A stretch of DNA of 64,000 bases from Macrostomum lignano (Eukaryota): the NCBI GenBank assembly GCA_002269645.1, contig NIVC01002302.1, positions 26,980 through 90,979 on the forward strand, in the 5' to 3' direction. This document shows, one piece after another, positions 47,901-61,800 of the stretch. The notes beneath the pieces are model-generated. The model saw only the letters and a program-made list of their open reading frames with translations. It searched no databases and was not told where the DNA came from. The first letter of the stretch is position 1. Each line of letters opens with the position of its first letter. The position numbers and the translations under genes were made by a program.

Positions 47901-50900
47901 AGTTTTAATTGCATTAGACAAAACTTTGATTTTATGCCTTTGGAATAGCATCTTACCTCTAATCTGATAGAAGAGGACTTTAGCCGCCCGTTCTCCTTTG
48001 CTGTTGAACTTTACAGGTCCCTGAAATAGTTTTAAGCTCCTTTCTTGATTGAAGATTAATTACTAATGGGAGCCTGTGGGACAGCCATTCCCATTCCGCT
48101 GAACCCTGAGCACTCATGCAGGGTGTACCGTGGCCCTGAATCTCATCGTAGGTTATGTACACTCTGTGTCTTGAGGGTTGATGAGAATTTGCGTGAATTG
48201 CACTACAAGCGAACCCTATGCGAGGCTCGCTTGTAGGCTCTGGGTTGTCTGGGTTGTTTGGGTTGTCTGGGTTGTCTGGGTTGTCTGGGTTGCCTGGGTT
48301 GTCTGGGTTGCCTGGGTTGTCTGGCTGTCTGGGTTTCCTGGGTTGTCTGGGTTGTCTGGGTTGTCTGGGTTGTCTGGGTTGTCTGGGTTGACTGGGTTGC
48401 CTGGATTGACTGGGTTGCCTGGGTTGTCTGGGTTGCCTGGGTTGTCTGGCTGTCTGGGTTTCCTGGGTTGTCTGGGTTGTCTGGGTTGTCTGGGTTGTCT
48501 GGGTTGTCTGGGTTGTCTGGATTGTCTGGGTTGTCTGGGTTTCCTGGGTTGTCTGGGTTGTCTGGGTTGTCTGGGTTGTCTGGGTTGTCTGGGTTGATTC
48601 GCTCCGAGCAATGGAAACGGTTCCGCTTACCGACAGACCATTGAAGTCGAGACTCCGCACACTGTTGAAGACTTGGTCCTTGAAGTCGCTGCAGTTCAAG
48701 TCAACAGGGTCGGAGGCGTAGTTCTCAACTGCCAGGGTGGTGTTGATCGCCATGGCAACTGCAGAAATTGCATCGAACCGCAGATCGAATCCGACAGTGC
48801 CAGTTTGCTCTGGGTCCACCGTCTCCTTGCCGTGCAGTCGCATAAAATCCTCGAATAATTCTTCTCTTGTCTGCGGGAGGGTCATTGGATTTTGTGCCTT
48901 TTGTTGGCCTCTGGGTGTCAGCTGTGATAACACTGGGTGCCAGCTGTGATAACACTGGGTGCCAGCTGTGATAACACTGGGTGCCAGCTGTGATAACACT
49001 GGGTGCCAGCTGTGATAACACTGGGTGCCAGCTGTGATAACACTGGATGCCAGCTGTGATAACACTGGGTGCCAGCTGTGATAACACTGGGTGCCAGCTG
49101 TGATAACACTGCATGGCTCAGTGACAGTTGTCACACCAGAACAAATCTACAAAGTATTCTCATGTAAGCAACAGTGCAGGGAAATTTTACCCACCTGACC
49201 GGTGATCCCAATCTCATGCTCGGCAGTTGGATCGTCAATATCGTTGTCCGTCTCCATGGAGCCCTCCATAGCAACGAGTCGGTCCGAGTCTTGACAACCG
49301 GAATTCGGCAGATCCAGTCGAGTTGTAGCGGGCAACCCAATCTGAATCCACTGGTACTTGGGCCCGTAGGCACCCAGCTGTTTAATCTGCATGAGAAGAA
49401 TGCTCAAACAGTTGACAAGAAGGCTTTGAGCTGGTGAAACTTCGAGTTGTAAAATTTCGAGCTGGTAAACCCCTTATCCGAGAAGGAACTCTCACCACGC
49501 AGTCCAGTCTTTTTTTGGAGTCCTCCACTAACATCGCCCGAATGGCAACGAAAATTCGAAGATCTTTCTTCTAAAAGTGACAATATATGTTTGCAAACCA
49601 ATTAAGGTTATTAATACACAAACTGACAATAAATTTATAGCAGATTTCATCTCACCAGCAAGCTAGACAGGGCAACGGTGGGGTCGGTGGTATAGCCCGC
49701 TTTTGTCACGGTGACATTGTGCAGCGCCAGCGCCGCCTCCAACCCTACTGTTACCTGCAGGTTCAGACATAGGCCGAGTAAAAATAGTGTTGAGCATGCA
49801 GACTTGCCTACTAATAGTGGAGTAATGAGCAACTCACTGATAAAAAGGCGGCGTAATCTTGCACTATCAGACCTATCGTCTTCCACCCGAATTCTCTTGT
49901 CATGGCGACTACTGGCGCTACGCTGATGCCGAGAGTAGTTGCCATGCGGAAGTAGTACGGATACCTGGTCCTGTCGCTTAGATCCGGTGAGGGGTTCAAG
50001 CCAATCTGGAGTGTGAGTAATAGATTTCCACAAAAATTAGATATTCATCAGCCGCAGTCTCTCACCTGAGTCACACAGTTTAGCCACAGTCTCTCACCTG
50101 AGTCACACAGCTTAGCCACAGTCTCTCACCTGAGTCACACAGCTTAGCCACAGTCTCTCACCTGAGTCACACAGCTTAGCCACAGTCTCTCACCTGAGTC
50201 ACACAGTTTAGCCACAGTCTCTCACCTGAGTCACACAGTTTAGTCACAGTCTCTCACCTCAGTCACACAGTTTAGCCTCAGTCTCTCACCTGAGTCACAC
50301 AGTTTAGCCACAGTCTCTCACCTGAGTCACACAGTTTAGCCACAGTCTCTCACCTGAGTCACACAGTTTAGCCACAGTCTCTCACCTGAGTCACACAGTA
50401 GCCACAGTCTCTCACCTGAGTCACACAGTTTATTCACAGTCTCTCACCTGAGTCACACAGTTTATTCACAGTCTCTCACCTGAGTCACACAGTTTAGCCA
50501 CAGTCTCTCACCTGAGTCACACAGTTTAGCCACAGTCTCTCACCTGAGTCACACAGTTTAGCCACAGTCTCTCACCTGAGTCACACAGTTTAGCCACAGT
50601 CTCTCACCTGAGTCACACAGTTTAGTCACAGTCTCTCACCTGAGTCACACAGTTTAGTCACAGTCTCTCTCCTGAGTCACACAGTTTAGTCACAGTCTCT
50701 CACCTGAGTCACACAGTTTAGCCTCAGTCTCTCACCTGAGTCACACAGTCTAGCCTCAGTCTCTCACCTGAGTCACACAGTTTAGTCACAGTCTCTCTCC
50801 TGAGTCACACAGTTTAGCCACAATCTCTCTCCTGAGTCACACAGTTTAGCCACAGTCTCTCACCTGAGTCACACAGTTTAGTCACAGTCTCTCTCCTGAG

Positions 50901-52322
50901 TCACACAGTTTAGCCACAATCTCTCTCCTGAGTCACACAGTTTAGTCACAGTCTCTCACCTGAGTCACACAGTTTAGCCACAGTCTCTCACCTGAGTCAC
51001 ACAGCTTAGCCACAGTCTCTCACCTGAGTCACACAGTTTAGTCACAGTCTCTCACCTGAGTCACACAGCTTAGTCACAGTCTCTCACCTGAGTCACACAG
51101 CTTAGCCACAGTCTCTCACCTGAGTCACAGTTTAGCCACAGGCTCTCACCTGAGTCACACAGTAGTAGCGGGCCAGCTCAGCAATGACCTGAGACTGCTG
51201 CGAGAAGCTGGCGCCCAGCATCAGCGCCTTGTTGCTGCCGCTGAGGTAGCCGTCAACAAATGCCTTCAGAGCAGCGCCGATGTTCTGTTGCTGACATGTT
51301 ATGATAGTTTTACAAAAAATTAACTTTAATTTCGGTCATAATTAACAAAATGAATTTTTTAAATATGACACTTTAACCAATTGGCCCGTATGTTTAGTGG
51401 CTTCTTCATTACCAGAAAATTTTAAAATAGTTCTGAAACTACCCCAGAATGTATAGGCCCATTGGGCCGGTTACGGGGCTAACCAAATTTTGTTCACAAT
51501 ACTCTCAGCGCACTACTAACATGATAGACTCGAATTCGGCTGATAATGCTTTTGGATTTGAAGCATACGGGAGTGGCCCAACTGGGTTTTCATTGCATAT
51601 GCTGGCGTATTGCACGAGGTAAAAGCCGGAGATGGCGGGGTCCTCCCTCCTGAGTAGAAATCTGCTGAAATTCGAATACGTAAAATCTAATGACACACGA
51701 AACGCCAATGTCTCCCGTCTGTAGCAGCATTAGCTTTCGTTTTACAAAAAATAGACATTGGGCGTTGTCCTGTACTTATCGTACTCGCCATGGGAATTCA
51801 ACCTAGGTATAAACCTTAGCCATCGGATTCTGCTGGCCCTGAGCACACACGCTCACACAGAATGTACACTCTGGCACGAGAGTTGGACGCGTTTAGCGGT
51901 GAGCTGTTCTGCTCTGATTCCTATTTTACTTAAACATCACTACGGGACAAGACCGTTGCTTCAAGCTGCTATCCGTCCACGGTGAAAGCTATTACGATAC
52001 ATATCGGACCTATTGAATAGTAAGATAAGAAACGCAGATCATTACTCAGCAGTAATTCAACTGAATTTACCCCCGCGACTTCAAAAAATGTCGGCCGCAG
52101 AGTAAAGTTAGGAAACAGGTCCGAGCGGCTGTTGACATAGTTTACTGAGTAGTTGAAGTAGACAATCTCATTCTGGAACGGGCTGTCTACAGACACGGTG
52201 AGCAGGATGTGCACTTCCTGTCTTGCACTGGACGACGCTATTGCGATGAAGGCTAACGCGAGCGCTGCGGCAAAGTGCATCCTGAGTCCGAATCGGGTCT
52301 TGGCTACTGCATGGTGTCTCAT
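44940..52322 (-). CDS. GABA-B-receptor-like class C GPCR, paralog A (disrupted in TM2-TM3 as assembled; last exon not found)
   Basis: Exons 52322-52071 (signal peptide), 51290-51150, 50005-49838, 49754-49656, 49570-49496, 49386-49195, 48870-48631, 48020-47957, 47869-47792, 47656-47411 (damaged), 47326-47204, 45275-44940. Motifs: SPDLSDRTRYPYYFRM, YGPKYQWI, IRLSSPIVNTII, WETRTIHVEALNDSKVIGICVYN. Confidence 0.88.
45340..47222 (-). repeat. 56-nt intronic minisatellite made of the exon end + 5' splice site
   Basis: About 33 copies of GTAACAGGGTGTGCAGTGATTCTGTACTCTGCATTCACAAGAGACTGTCTGAGCAG (minus strand). Confidence 0.95.
48240..48597. repeat. 9-nt repeat GGGTTGTCT array
   Basis: Intronic; source of the spurious QTT/PRQ/DNP ORFs. 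Confidence 0.9.
48918..49090. repeat. 22-nt minisatellite CTGGGTGCCAGCTGTGATAACA
   Basis: About 8 copies in an intron. Confidence 0.9.
50050..51162 (-). repeat. 32-nt intronic minisatellite made of the exon end + 5' splice site
   Basis: About 34 copies of GTGAGAGACTGTGGCTAAACTGTGTGACTCAG (minus strand); only ~3 copies at the same intron of paralog B (63145-63250). Confidence 0.95.
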
Positions 52323-52713
52323 GCGCTGCACTGCCGCTTGAAAGATTTTATTTTATTCTCACAACCGGCCCTCCCCGCACGTGATTGGCTGCCGACTCAG
52401 AGCTGCAGTTCAGGGACAGGGCACGGAGGACCGCTCCAGGACCTTCGGTATGAATGCCTCACCAAGGATAACTTGAGTAAAAGGACGGGAGACATTAGCT
52501 TTTCTAGAAAATAGCAATTAGCAATACTCATAAATGTCCTTTTTTACGAGTATTTGAAGTATCGATAATTTTTTCATCGATTTTTGGGCTAGCATACTAG
52601 TCAACGATACTTTCTAAATTAGGAAATTCAAACTCACTCGCACATATATCCCGAATATTCCCGAATTCTTGAATCTTCTGTTAAATGGTCTAAAAGCACC
52701 AGTAACTCTATTT

Positions 52714-54644
52714 CAAGGACCATTAGAAGAAGAAGGACGGGACACTTCGTTTCTTGGAAAATTTATTAAAGGCTGATTTTCACGGAAAAATGCACTAGCG
52801 AGATAGGAACTTTTCACTTTTTCACTTTAAAATGGTGATAGCTTTTTATTGGAAGCAGATACAAAGCTCTTCTTTTGATATAACTTACAAAACATGTTGC
52901 TTCAACGGATTTTATAAATATTTTTTTACAATTAATTGATCTTCATATTATTTTAGTTACTAGCTATATCATGCAGCAATTATAGTTTAAAGCTAACTAG
53001 TGACTAACTTGAATTTTACAATATCTTTTTAGTCGAATGTATCTATTTATTAGCAATATAGCATTAAAAAAACAGTTGGCTATAATTATATGCCGAATTC
53101 ACTGCTTATTCATTTTAGTTTTATACTTTTCATATAAAATAAGTATTTAATTATGTAGCTATACCTTAGCTATACTAGCTATGCATTTAATTATAGCCAA
53201 CTGTTTTTATAATGATATATTGCTAATAAATAGATACATTCGACTAAAAAGATATTGTAAAATTCAAGTTAGTCACTAGTTAGCTTTAAACTATAATTGC
53301 TGCATGATATAGCTAGTAACTAAAATAATATGAAGATCAATTAATTGTAAAAAATATTTATAAAACCCGTTGAAGCAACATGTTTTGTAAGTTATATCAA
53401 AAAAAGAGCTTTGTATCTGCTTCCAATAAAAAGCTATCACCATTTTAAAGTGAAAAAAGTGAAAAGTTCCTATCTCGCTAGTGCATTTTTCCGTGAAAAT
53501 CAGCCTTTAATAAATTTTCCAAGAAACGAAGTGTCCCATCCGCGGGAGCACCCCAACTGCCAGCCGGAAAACTGCCAGCCGACAATTTCCAGCCGGAAAA
53601 CTGCCAGCCGACAATTGCCAGTCGACAACTGCCAGCCGACAATTGCCAGCTGAGAAAACTGCCAGCCGGAAAACTGCCAGCCGACAACTGCCAGCCGGAA
53701 AACTGCCAGCCGACAATTGCCAGCCGACAACTGCCAGCCGACAACTGCCAGCCGACAACTGCCAGCTGAGAAAACTGCCAGCCGGAAAACTGCCAGCCGA
53801 CAACTGCCAGTCGACAATTGCCAATCGACAATTGCCAGCCGAGAAATCTGCCAGCCGAGAAATCTGCCAGCCGACAACTGCCAGCCGACAAGTTCTAGCT
53901 AATTGAATCTACTGTAGCCTACTTATTAGCTAAGTAAAAAGCACGAAACTGTTTGGCTAGCAAAAGGCTTGTGGGGTAGCCTTAAATGTCGCCCTTCCCT
54001 TCGTCCCTAATTTTTTCAGATTTCCATTGGAAGTATATATATGTGAAGGAGAAAGCATTCAAATTTCGTATATTTTTAGGTTGCCTTTGCTCTTTCTTTG
54101 AAAGCTTTATTTAAGTAAAGTAATTTAATAGACTTATCTAGGATTGCGTCATATAGCAATCGCAATCGCAAATTAAATAATAAAGTAAATAAACTTTCAA
54201 TACAGAAATATTTACAATAGGCATTACAGAATGCTTTCTCCTTCACATATACTTCTAATGGAAATCTGAAAAAATTAGGGTAGGGAAGGGCGACATTTAA
54301 GGCTACCCCACAAGCCTTTTGCTAGCCAAACAGTTTCGTGCTTTTTACTTAGCTAATAAGTAGGCTACAGTATATTCAATTAGCTAGAACTTGTCGGCTG
54401 GCAATTGTCGACTGGCAATTGTCGGCTGGCAGTTGTCGGCTGGCAGTTGTCGACTGGCAGTTGTCGGCTGGCAGTTGTCGGCTGGCAGTTGTCGACTGGC
54501 AGTTGTCGGCTGGCAGTTGTCGGCTGGCAGTTGTCGGCTGGCAGTTGTCGACTGGCAGTTGTCGGCTGGCAGTTGTCGGCTGGCAGTTTTCCGGCTGGCA
54601 GTTGGGGTGGACCCGTCCCGTCCTTCTTCTTCTAGTGGTCCTTG
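52714..54644. mobile_element. Non-autonomous DNA transposon, 30-bp TIR, 8-bp TSD, containing two large palindromes (P- or hAT-superfamily-like)
   Basis: TIRs CAAGGACCA(T/C)TAGAAGAAGAAGGACGGGAC at 52714-52743 and 54615-54644; CTCTATTT duplicated at 52706-52713 and 54645-54652. Confidence 0.85.
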
Positions 54645-55833
54645 CTCTATTTACCGGTGCGAGCTTTCTCAAGCCAAACTTTTCCACGCGGAAAACTGCT
54701 ACACAAAGTCAAAACAAAAAGAACTGCTGCCTTCATGCCTCATTTATTGGACTTCGCTACAGTTTGCGAGCAGAGGTTTCTTCGAAGGCACACACGGCCC
54801 TGAAAAGGAAAACTGCAACGTGAAACGACCTGACCCAACCTTGGAAGCAATATTTTTTTTCATTTAAGACTCCCTTTGAGCAGTCAAGGAGAAGAAACAG
54901 TCACGAAACTGATCAGTAAAAACAATCCGGGCTGTCAAAGACATTCATGCTTTGAACCATGGCGGTTTGAAAGCAATTAGCGACCTCGAGCACGCAAAAT
55001 GCGTCAGAAACGAGCGGAAGCTGATCAGAAACATTGATTAGAAGTTAGGAGCCGTGCCAGTGTTTCAATATCACTTCTGCACTCGCATACTGTGCTACTG
55101 CCAACCACCCCTGCCGACCCCACACACTAACCCCCATGGATTGGCAACAAACACCCTCTCACTGCCAAGCGCCCCGCACAACAACCCCACAAAAAACCCC
55201 CACACATAACACCCTCCCACTGCCAACCCCCTCCCACACAAAACCCTCCCATGTGCCAACTCCACACACACACACACAACACCCTCCCACAGCCAACCCC
55301 CTCCCACACAAAACCCTCCCATGTGCCAACTCCACACACACACACAACACCCTCCCACTGCCAACCCCCTCCCACACAAAACCCTCCCATGTGCCAACTC
55401 CACACACACACACAACACCCTCCCACTGCCAACCCCCTCCCACTACCAACACACCCCTCCTACCCACACAACACTTTCCCAGGCCCAACCCCACGCACCA
55501 CCCGTTTTCTCTTTCGACCATTTTAACAAGAACAAAGTCAAAACTCAAAATTGGCTTGGTTATATTTCTCAATAAGTGGCTCCTGCATCAGAGAGCGTCC
55601 ACAGGGATAAAGTTTTGCTTTCGTCGTTTTGCTATACTTTTTTCTTTGTCAAAAACAAGCCACGGGCAGTTAGGGGGTAGGGAGGCTTTCGCCAAATCCA
55701 GTGGCTTATTAATATTGGTAGCCTCTGGCTTATTAATATTGGTAGCCTCTGGCTTAATCAAGTAGGCATGTTCTGATCAGTCAGAAAATCCAGTTCGGAA
55801 TTGAAACTTTCAAGAAGCGAGTTCGCAGGGAGT

Positions 55834-58800
55834 CACATTTCAAGAGACTCATTTCTAGCCGTGTTGACTCGCCCAGTCCCGTTGGGGTCATTGTTGCACA
55901 CCGTCCTCAGCACCGTGTTGGCGTCGGCGACTCTGACGCGTCGGTCTTTGAGGATGGTCAGCACCTGGAATTCGATTTAGTCCGGATGTCCGATGGGGCT
56001 GCGAAGCGCCTGAGATTCACAATGTCTCGTAAGCTAAGCCTCCAGCCTAGACCTCATCAGAAAGTAATACAAATTTAGGTAAGTAGCGCTGGTAACTCGA
56101 AAACAAAATTGCTAACTTGCACTAATTACCAAAACTTGCAGTCCGCTCTAGAGCCCACACCCCAGCCCACAGCCCACACCCCAGCCCACACCCCAGCAAC
56201 CCCAGCCCACACTCCAGCCCACACTCTAGCCCACACTCCAGCCCACACTCCAACCCACACTCCAGCCCACACTCCAACCCACACTCAAGCCCACACCCGA
56301 ACCCACACTCAAGTGCACACCCCAACCCACACTCCAGCCCACACTCCAGCACACATCCCATACTCCAGCACACATCCCACACTCCAACACACATCCCACA
56401 CCCAGCCCACATCCCACACTCCAGCACACATCCTAACCCACACCCCAACCCACACTCCAGCCCATACCCCACCTCACACCCTGACCACCGACCTTCCTGC
56501 CAAACACCAGCAGCACGGTGGTGGCTGAGCAGATGTTGATGCAGCAGGTCAGCAGCACGAGTCGCAGGTCCACCGAGCCGATGGGCAGCGCAAACTCCAG
56601 CACCACGCCGATCAGCCCCATCACGGTGGTGTTGTACACGCAGATTCCGATCACCTTCGAGTCGTTCAGCGCTTCCACGTGAATTGTGCGAGTCTCCCAG
56701 GCAAAGAAGATTCCGAACAGAAGGAACACCGCCTTCATGCCGATGATGAGGCCCTTCCACAGCACCTCGCTGCTGGACTGACACACGACCAGCTTGTGCA
56801 GAACCACAGCTCCGTCAGAGATCATGTCCTGCATTGGCATGGCACTGCATGTCAGTGGAATGTCAGTGCAATGTCAGACTGCATCACACTGCACACCCTG
56901 TCACCTGCTCAGACAGTCTCTTGTGAATGCAGAGTACAGAATCACTGCACACCCTGTTACCTGCTCAGACAGTCTCTTGTGAATGCAGAGTACAGAATCA
57001 CACTGCACACCCTGTCACCTGCTCAGACAGTCTCTTGTGAATGCAGAGTACAGAATCACACTGCACACCCTGTTACCTGCTCAGACAGTCTCTTGTGAAT
57101 GCAGAGTACAGAATCACTACACACCCTGTTACCTGCTCAGACAGTCTCTTGTGAATGCACAGTACAGAATCACTGCACACCCTGTTACCTGCTCAGACAG
57201 TCTGTTGTGAATGCAGAGTACAGAATCACTGCACACCCTGTTACCTGCTCAGACAGTCTCTTGTGAGTGCAGAGTACAGAATCACTGCACACCCTGTTAC
57301 CTGCTCAGACAGTCTCTTGTGAGTGCAGAGTACAGAATCACTGCACACCCTGTTACCTGCTCAGACAGTCTCTTGTGAATGCAGAGTACAGAATCACTGC
57401 ACACCCTGTTACCTGCTCAGACAGTCTCTTGTGAGTGCAGAGTACAGAATCACTGCACACCCTGTTACCTGCTCAGACAGTCTCTTGTGAATGCAGAGTA
57501 CAGAATCACTGCACACCCTGTCACCTGCTCAGACAGTCTCTTGTGAATGCAGAGTACAGAATCACTGCACACCCTGTTACCTGCTCAGACAGTCTGTTGT
57601 GAATGCAGAGTACAGAATCACTGCACACCCTGTTACAGCTCAGACAGTCTCTTGTGAATGCAGAGTACAGAATCACTGCACACACTGTCACCTGCTCAGA
57701 CAGTCTCTTGTGAGTGCAGAGTACAGAATCACTGCACACACTGTCACCTGCTCAGACAGTCTCTTGTGAGTGCAGAGTACAGAATCACTGCACAAACTGT
57801 CACCTGCTCAGACAGTCTCTTGTGAATGCAGAGTACAGAATCACTGCATACCCTGTTACCTGCTCAGACAGTCTCTTGTGAATGCAGAGTACAGAATCAC
57901 TGCACGCCCTGTTACCTGCTCAGACAGTCTTTTGTGAATGCAGAGTACAGAATCACACTGCACACCCTGTTACCTGCTCAGACAGTCTCTTGACAGCCAA
58001 GGCTGGGGAATCCAGGAGTCCGAGAGCCAACAGCAGTCCAGCATCCATCAGCAGAATAGCGGCAATCACCATGCAGAGGTGCCAGTCCTTGATGGTCTGA
58101 AATCCGGTAATGCGTGACCAGGCTGGCTCAAGGTCATTCAGGGGACTGACTATACACGAGCACTGCAGTGCAGATGGACTCACAGTCAGCCTCATCTTGT
58201 TGGTGAAGATTCTGTGGACTCGCCACGTCTTGGCCAGAATTCCACCGAAGGCGCACGAGTAGCCAGTGATGAGGCAGAGCAGCTGGGACCAGCACAGTCC
58301 GAGCTGGCTTCCCATGTACGCGTTGAAGGTCATGATGAGGCAGGACGCGTGGCACAGCAGGCAGCCCAGCCCGATGATGGTGTTCACGATGGGGCTGCTG
58401 AGCCGGATGTAGGGCACCTTGCGGAACCACAGGTTCACCGCCATGGCGGCCAGGGTGAGGCAGGCGCCGCAGGCAGACAGGCCGCCAGAGACCACGGCGC
58501 TGACGAGGCTGGCATGGACGAGCTTTGAGAGGATTCTGGGAGAGTCGACTGGAGCCGAGCCGCCTGCGGGACGGGGTGGGAGATGCGCTGATGGGGTCTC
58601 GGGAGACTGGGCTGATGGGGACTCGGGATACTGGGTTGATGGGGACTCGGGAGACTGGGCTGATGGGGGCTCGGGAGACTGGGCTGATGTGTGAGGCTCG
58701 GGAGACTGGGCTGATGGGGCTCGGGAGACTGGGCTGATGGGGCTCGGGAGACTGGGCTGATGGGGCTCGGGAGACTGGGCTGATGGGGACTCGGGAGACT

Positions 58801-61800
58801 GGGCTGATGGGGACTCGGGAGACTGAGCTGATGGAGACTCGGGAGACTGGGCTTTTTGGGTGAGAACATCAGCATCCATTTAGTATATGGATGCTGATGG
58901 TCCAGTATTTGAGTTTCGTACCTGCAAACCATAATGATTTGATCCAGCGAGTGTCCCCTGTCTTCGGTTGGTACGTTGCAACCAAATCTCTCTTGAGACC
59001 TACGCTCGTAGGGTAGGATGACATTAGTTAGCCAAAGCCGTGTTTTCAATTTCTACTATTTTGAATAAGATTTAATCCCATGTTTTACCTCGGATTTGAT
59101 AAATATTAACGGTTGATTCTCTGTCACCCTTCCAATCGAAATTGACTTGACCCTGCAGTTGGGGACTTTATTCATTGTTATTTATGTTTCTGATGCAGTT
59201 TCAAGCCGTAGTGATGTGTTAAAGGAATGACAAAAAAGCATTGTACACTACAGCAGGCTTGTACACTACAGCAGGCTTGTACACTACAGCAGTCTTGTAC
59301 ACTACAGCAGTCTTGTACACTACAGCAGTCTTGTACACTACAGCAGTCTTGTACACTACAGCAGTCTTGTACACTACAGCAGTCTTGTACACTACAGCAG
59401 TCTTGTACACTACAGCAGTCTTGTACACTACAGCAGGCTTGTACACTACAGCAGGCTTGTACACTACAGCAGTCTTGTACACTATATACACTTGAGCATT
59501 TCGGTACAACCTGCTGAACTTTTATCCTAGTTTAGGAGGCACCTCATCCTTATTCCAACAAACGGATATTGTTGTTTGTTGCCTTGATTTTCTTTAATTT
59601 CTACTCTTAGTAGTCGAGTGGCGCTGCTTTGCAATTGTTAATTATATAGCTTATTTTTCGCAGCATGGCGGCTCACTCACAACTGAACGAAGGCCAGGCA
59701 TGTGTAGGGTAATATTTCAACTTCTAGATCTTCAACTTCATGCCCCGCTACCCTTCTGCTACTACTGAAAACAATTCCAACCTCGCAACGAAAGTTTAGT
59801 TTACAAGCATGGAACCGGGAGACAAGCAACTCACCGAAAGTCCATGAAAGTCCAGGCTGCGAACGTTCTCGAAGATTTTCTCTTTGAAACTCGAGCAGTC
59901 GAGGTCGGCAGGCTCGGCAGTGTAATTCTCGCCCTGCTCCAGGGTGGCGTTGATGGCCAGGGCGGCCGCCGTCACCGCGTCGAAACGCGTGTCGAAGCCG
60001 TTGAGGCCGTATTGCTGGGGGTTTGCGGTCCAGCTGCCGAACTGGCTGAGGAAGTCCTCGTAGGTCTCGTCTCTTGTCTGAAATTGTGCGGCCTACCCTC
60101 TGAAGAACTCGCTTGGAGATGTCACGACAGTCAGAGATGTCCCGATATATCTTGACATCGTGACATCTCTGACATCGTGACATCTCTGACATCGTGACAT
60201 CTCTGACATCGTGACATCTTGACATCGTGACATCTTGACATCCTGACATCTTGACATCGTGACATCTCTGACATCGTGACATCTTGACATCGGGACATCT
60301 TGGCATACTGTCATCGGGACATCGTGAAATCTTGGCATGCTGTCATCGAGACATCTTGACATCAGGACATCTTGGCATACTGTCATCAGGACAACTTACA
60401 TACTGTCATCGAGACATCTTGCATACTGTCCATCGGGACATGTCGACACACTGTTATCGGGACATCTTGACATACTGTCCATCGTGACATGTTGACATAC
60501 TGTCCATCGGGACATGTTGACATACTATCATCGTGATATATGACAGTACACTATGAGGATGTTGCTGATATCCTGAGGACATCTTGAAAAATGGCATGCT
60601 GACTTAAAGATATGCTCTCAAATTAGCATCCTACATCTTAACATAATGACATATTAGTATCTTGACTTTATAGCATGACATCCTGACAACCTGGTGTCCG
60701 GACATACTGTTTATTTGCATACTGATATCCTGGCATTTTGACAAAATATCAGCACCGTGCTTGACTCTCTGACATTCTGGTTTTCAGCACCATAACGCGC
60801 TAACGTGATGGCATTGGGACATCGCAATTCTTACTCGACCCGTCAGTCCAGCAGGGTGCCTCGCTCCCGGATCCTCCGGTCATTGTCCAGCACCATGGAG
60901 CCCTCCATGGCCACGGCTCGCTCGGAATCAGAGCAGCTTTCATTCTGATTGAGCCGCGTGGTTGACAGAAGCCCCATCTGAATCCACTGGTACTTGGGTC
61001 CGTACGCTCCCAGCCGCTTGATCTGTGTTTGTTAACGCTTTTTTTAGACTCTGTGCTAAACTGTAGCCTCCTTAAAGGTTCGGGTGTGGGAGATTCGGGT
61101 GTGGGAGATTCGGGTGTGGGAGATTCGGGTGTGGGTGGATTCTGTCTGGTGTGGGCGGATTCTGTCTGGTGTGGGCGGATTCTGTCTGGTGTGGGCGGAT
61201 TCTGTCTGGTGTGGGCGGATTCTGTCTGGTGTGGGCGGATTCTGTCTGGTGTGGGCGGATTCTGTCTGGTGTGGGCGGATTCTGTCTGGTGTGGGCGGAT
61301 TCTGTCTGGTGTGGGCGGATTCTGTCTGGTGTGGGCGGATTCGGATGTGGGTGGAATCGTGTGTGGGTGGATTCGGGTGTGGTGGATTCGGGTGTGGCTG
61401 GATTCGGGTGTGGCTGGATTCGGGTGTGGCTGGATTCGGGTGTGGCTGGATTCGGGTGTGGGTGGATTCGGGTGTGGCTGGATTCGGGTGTGGGTGGATT
61501 CGGGTGTGGGTGGATTCGGGTGTGGTGGATTCGGGTGTGGGTGGATTCGTGTATTGGGAGAGGCGGGTTGGGGGTGTGGGAGATTCGGGTGTGGGAGATT
61601 CGGGTGTGGGAGATTCGGGTGTGGGAGATTCGGGCTGTGAGTGGATTCGGGTGTGGGTGGATTCGGGTGTGGGTGGATTCGGGTGTGGTGGATTCGGGTG
61701 TGGGTGGATTCGGGTGTGGGTGGATTCGGGTGTGGGTGGATTCGGGTGTGGCTGGATTCGGGTGTGGCTGGATTTGTGTATTGAGAGAGGCGGGTGCTGG

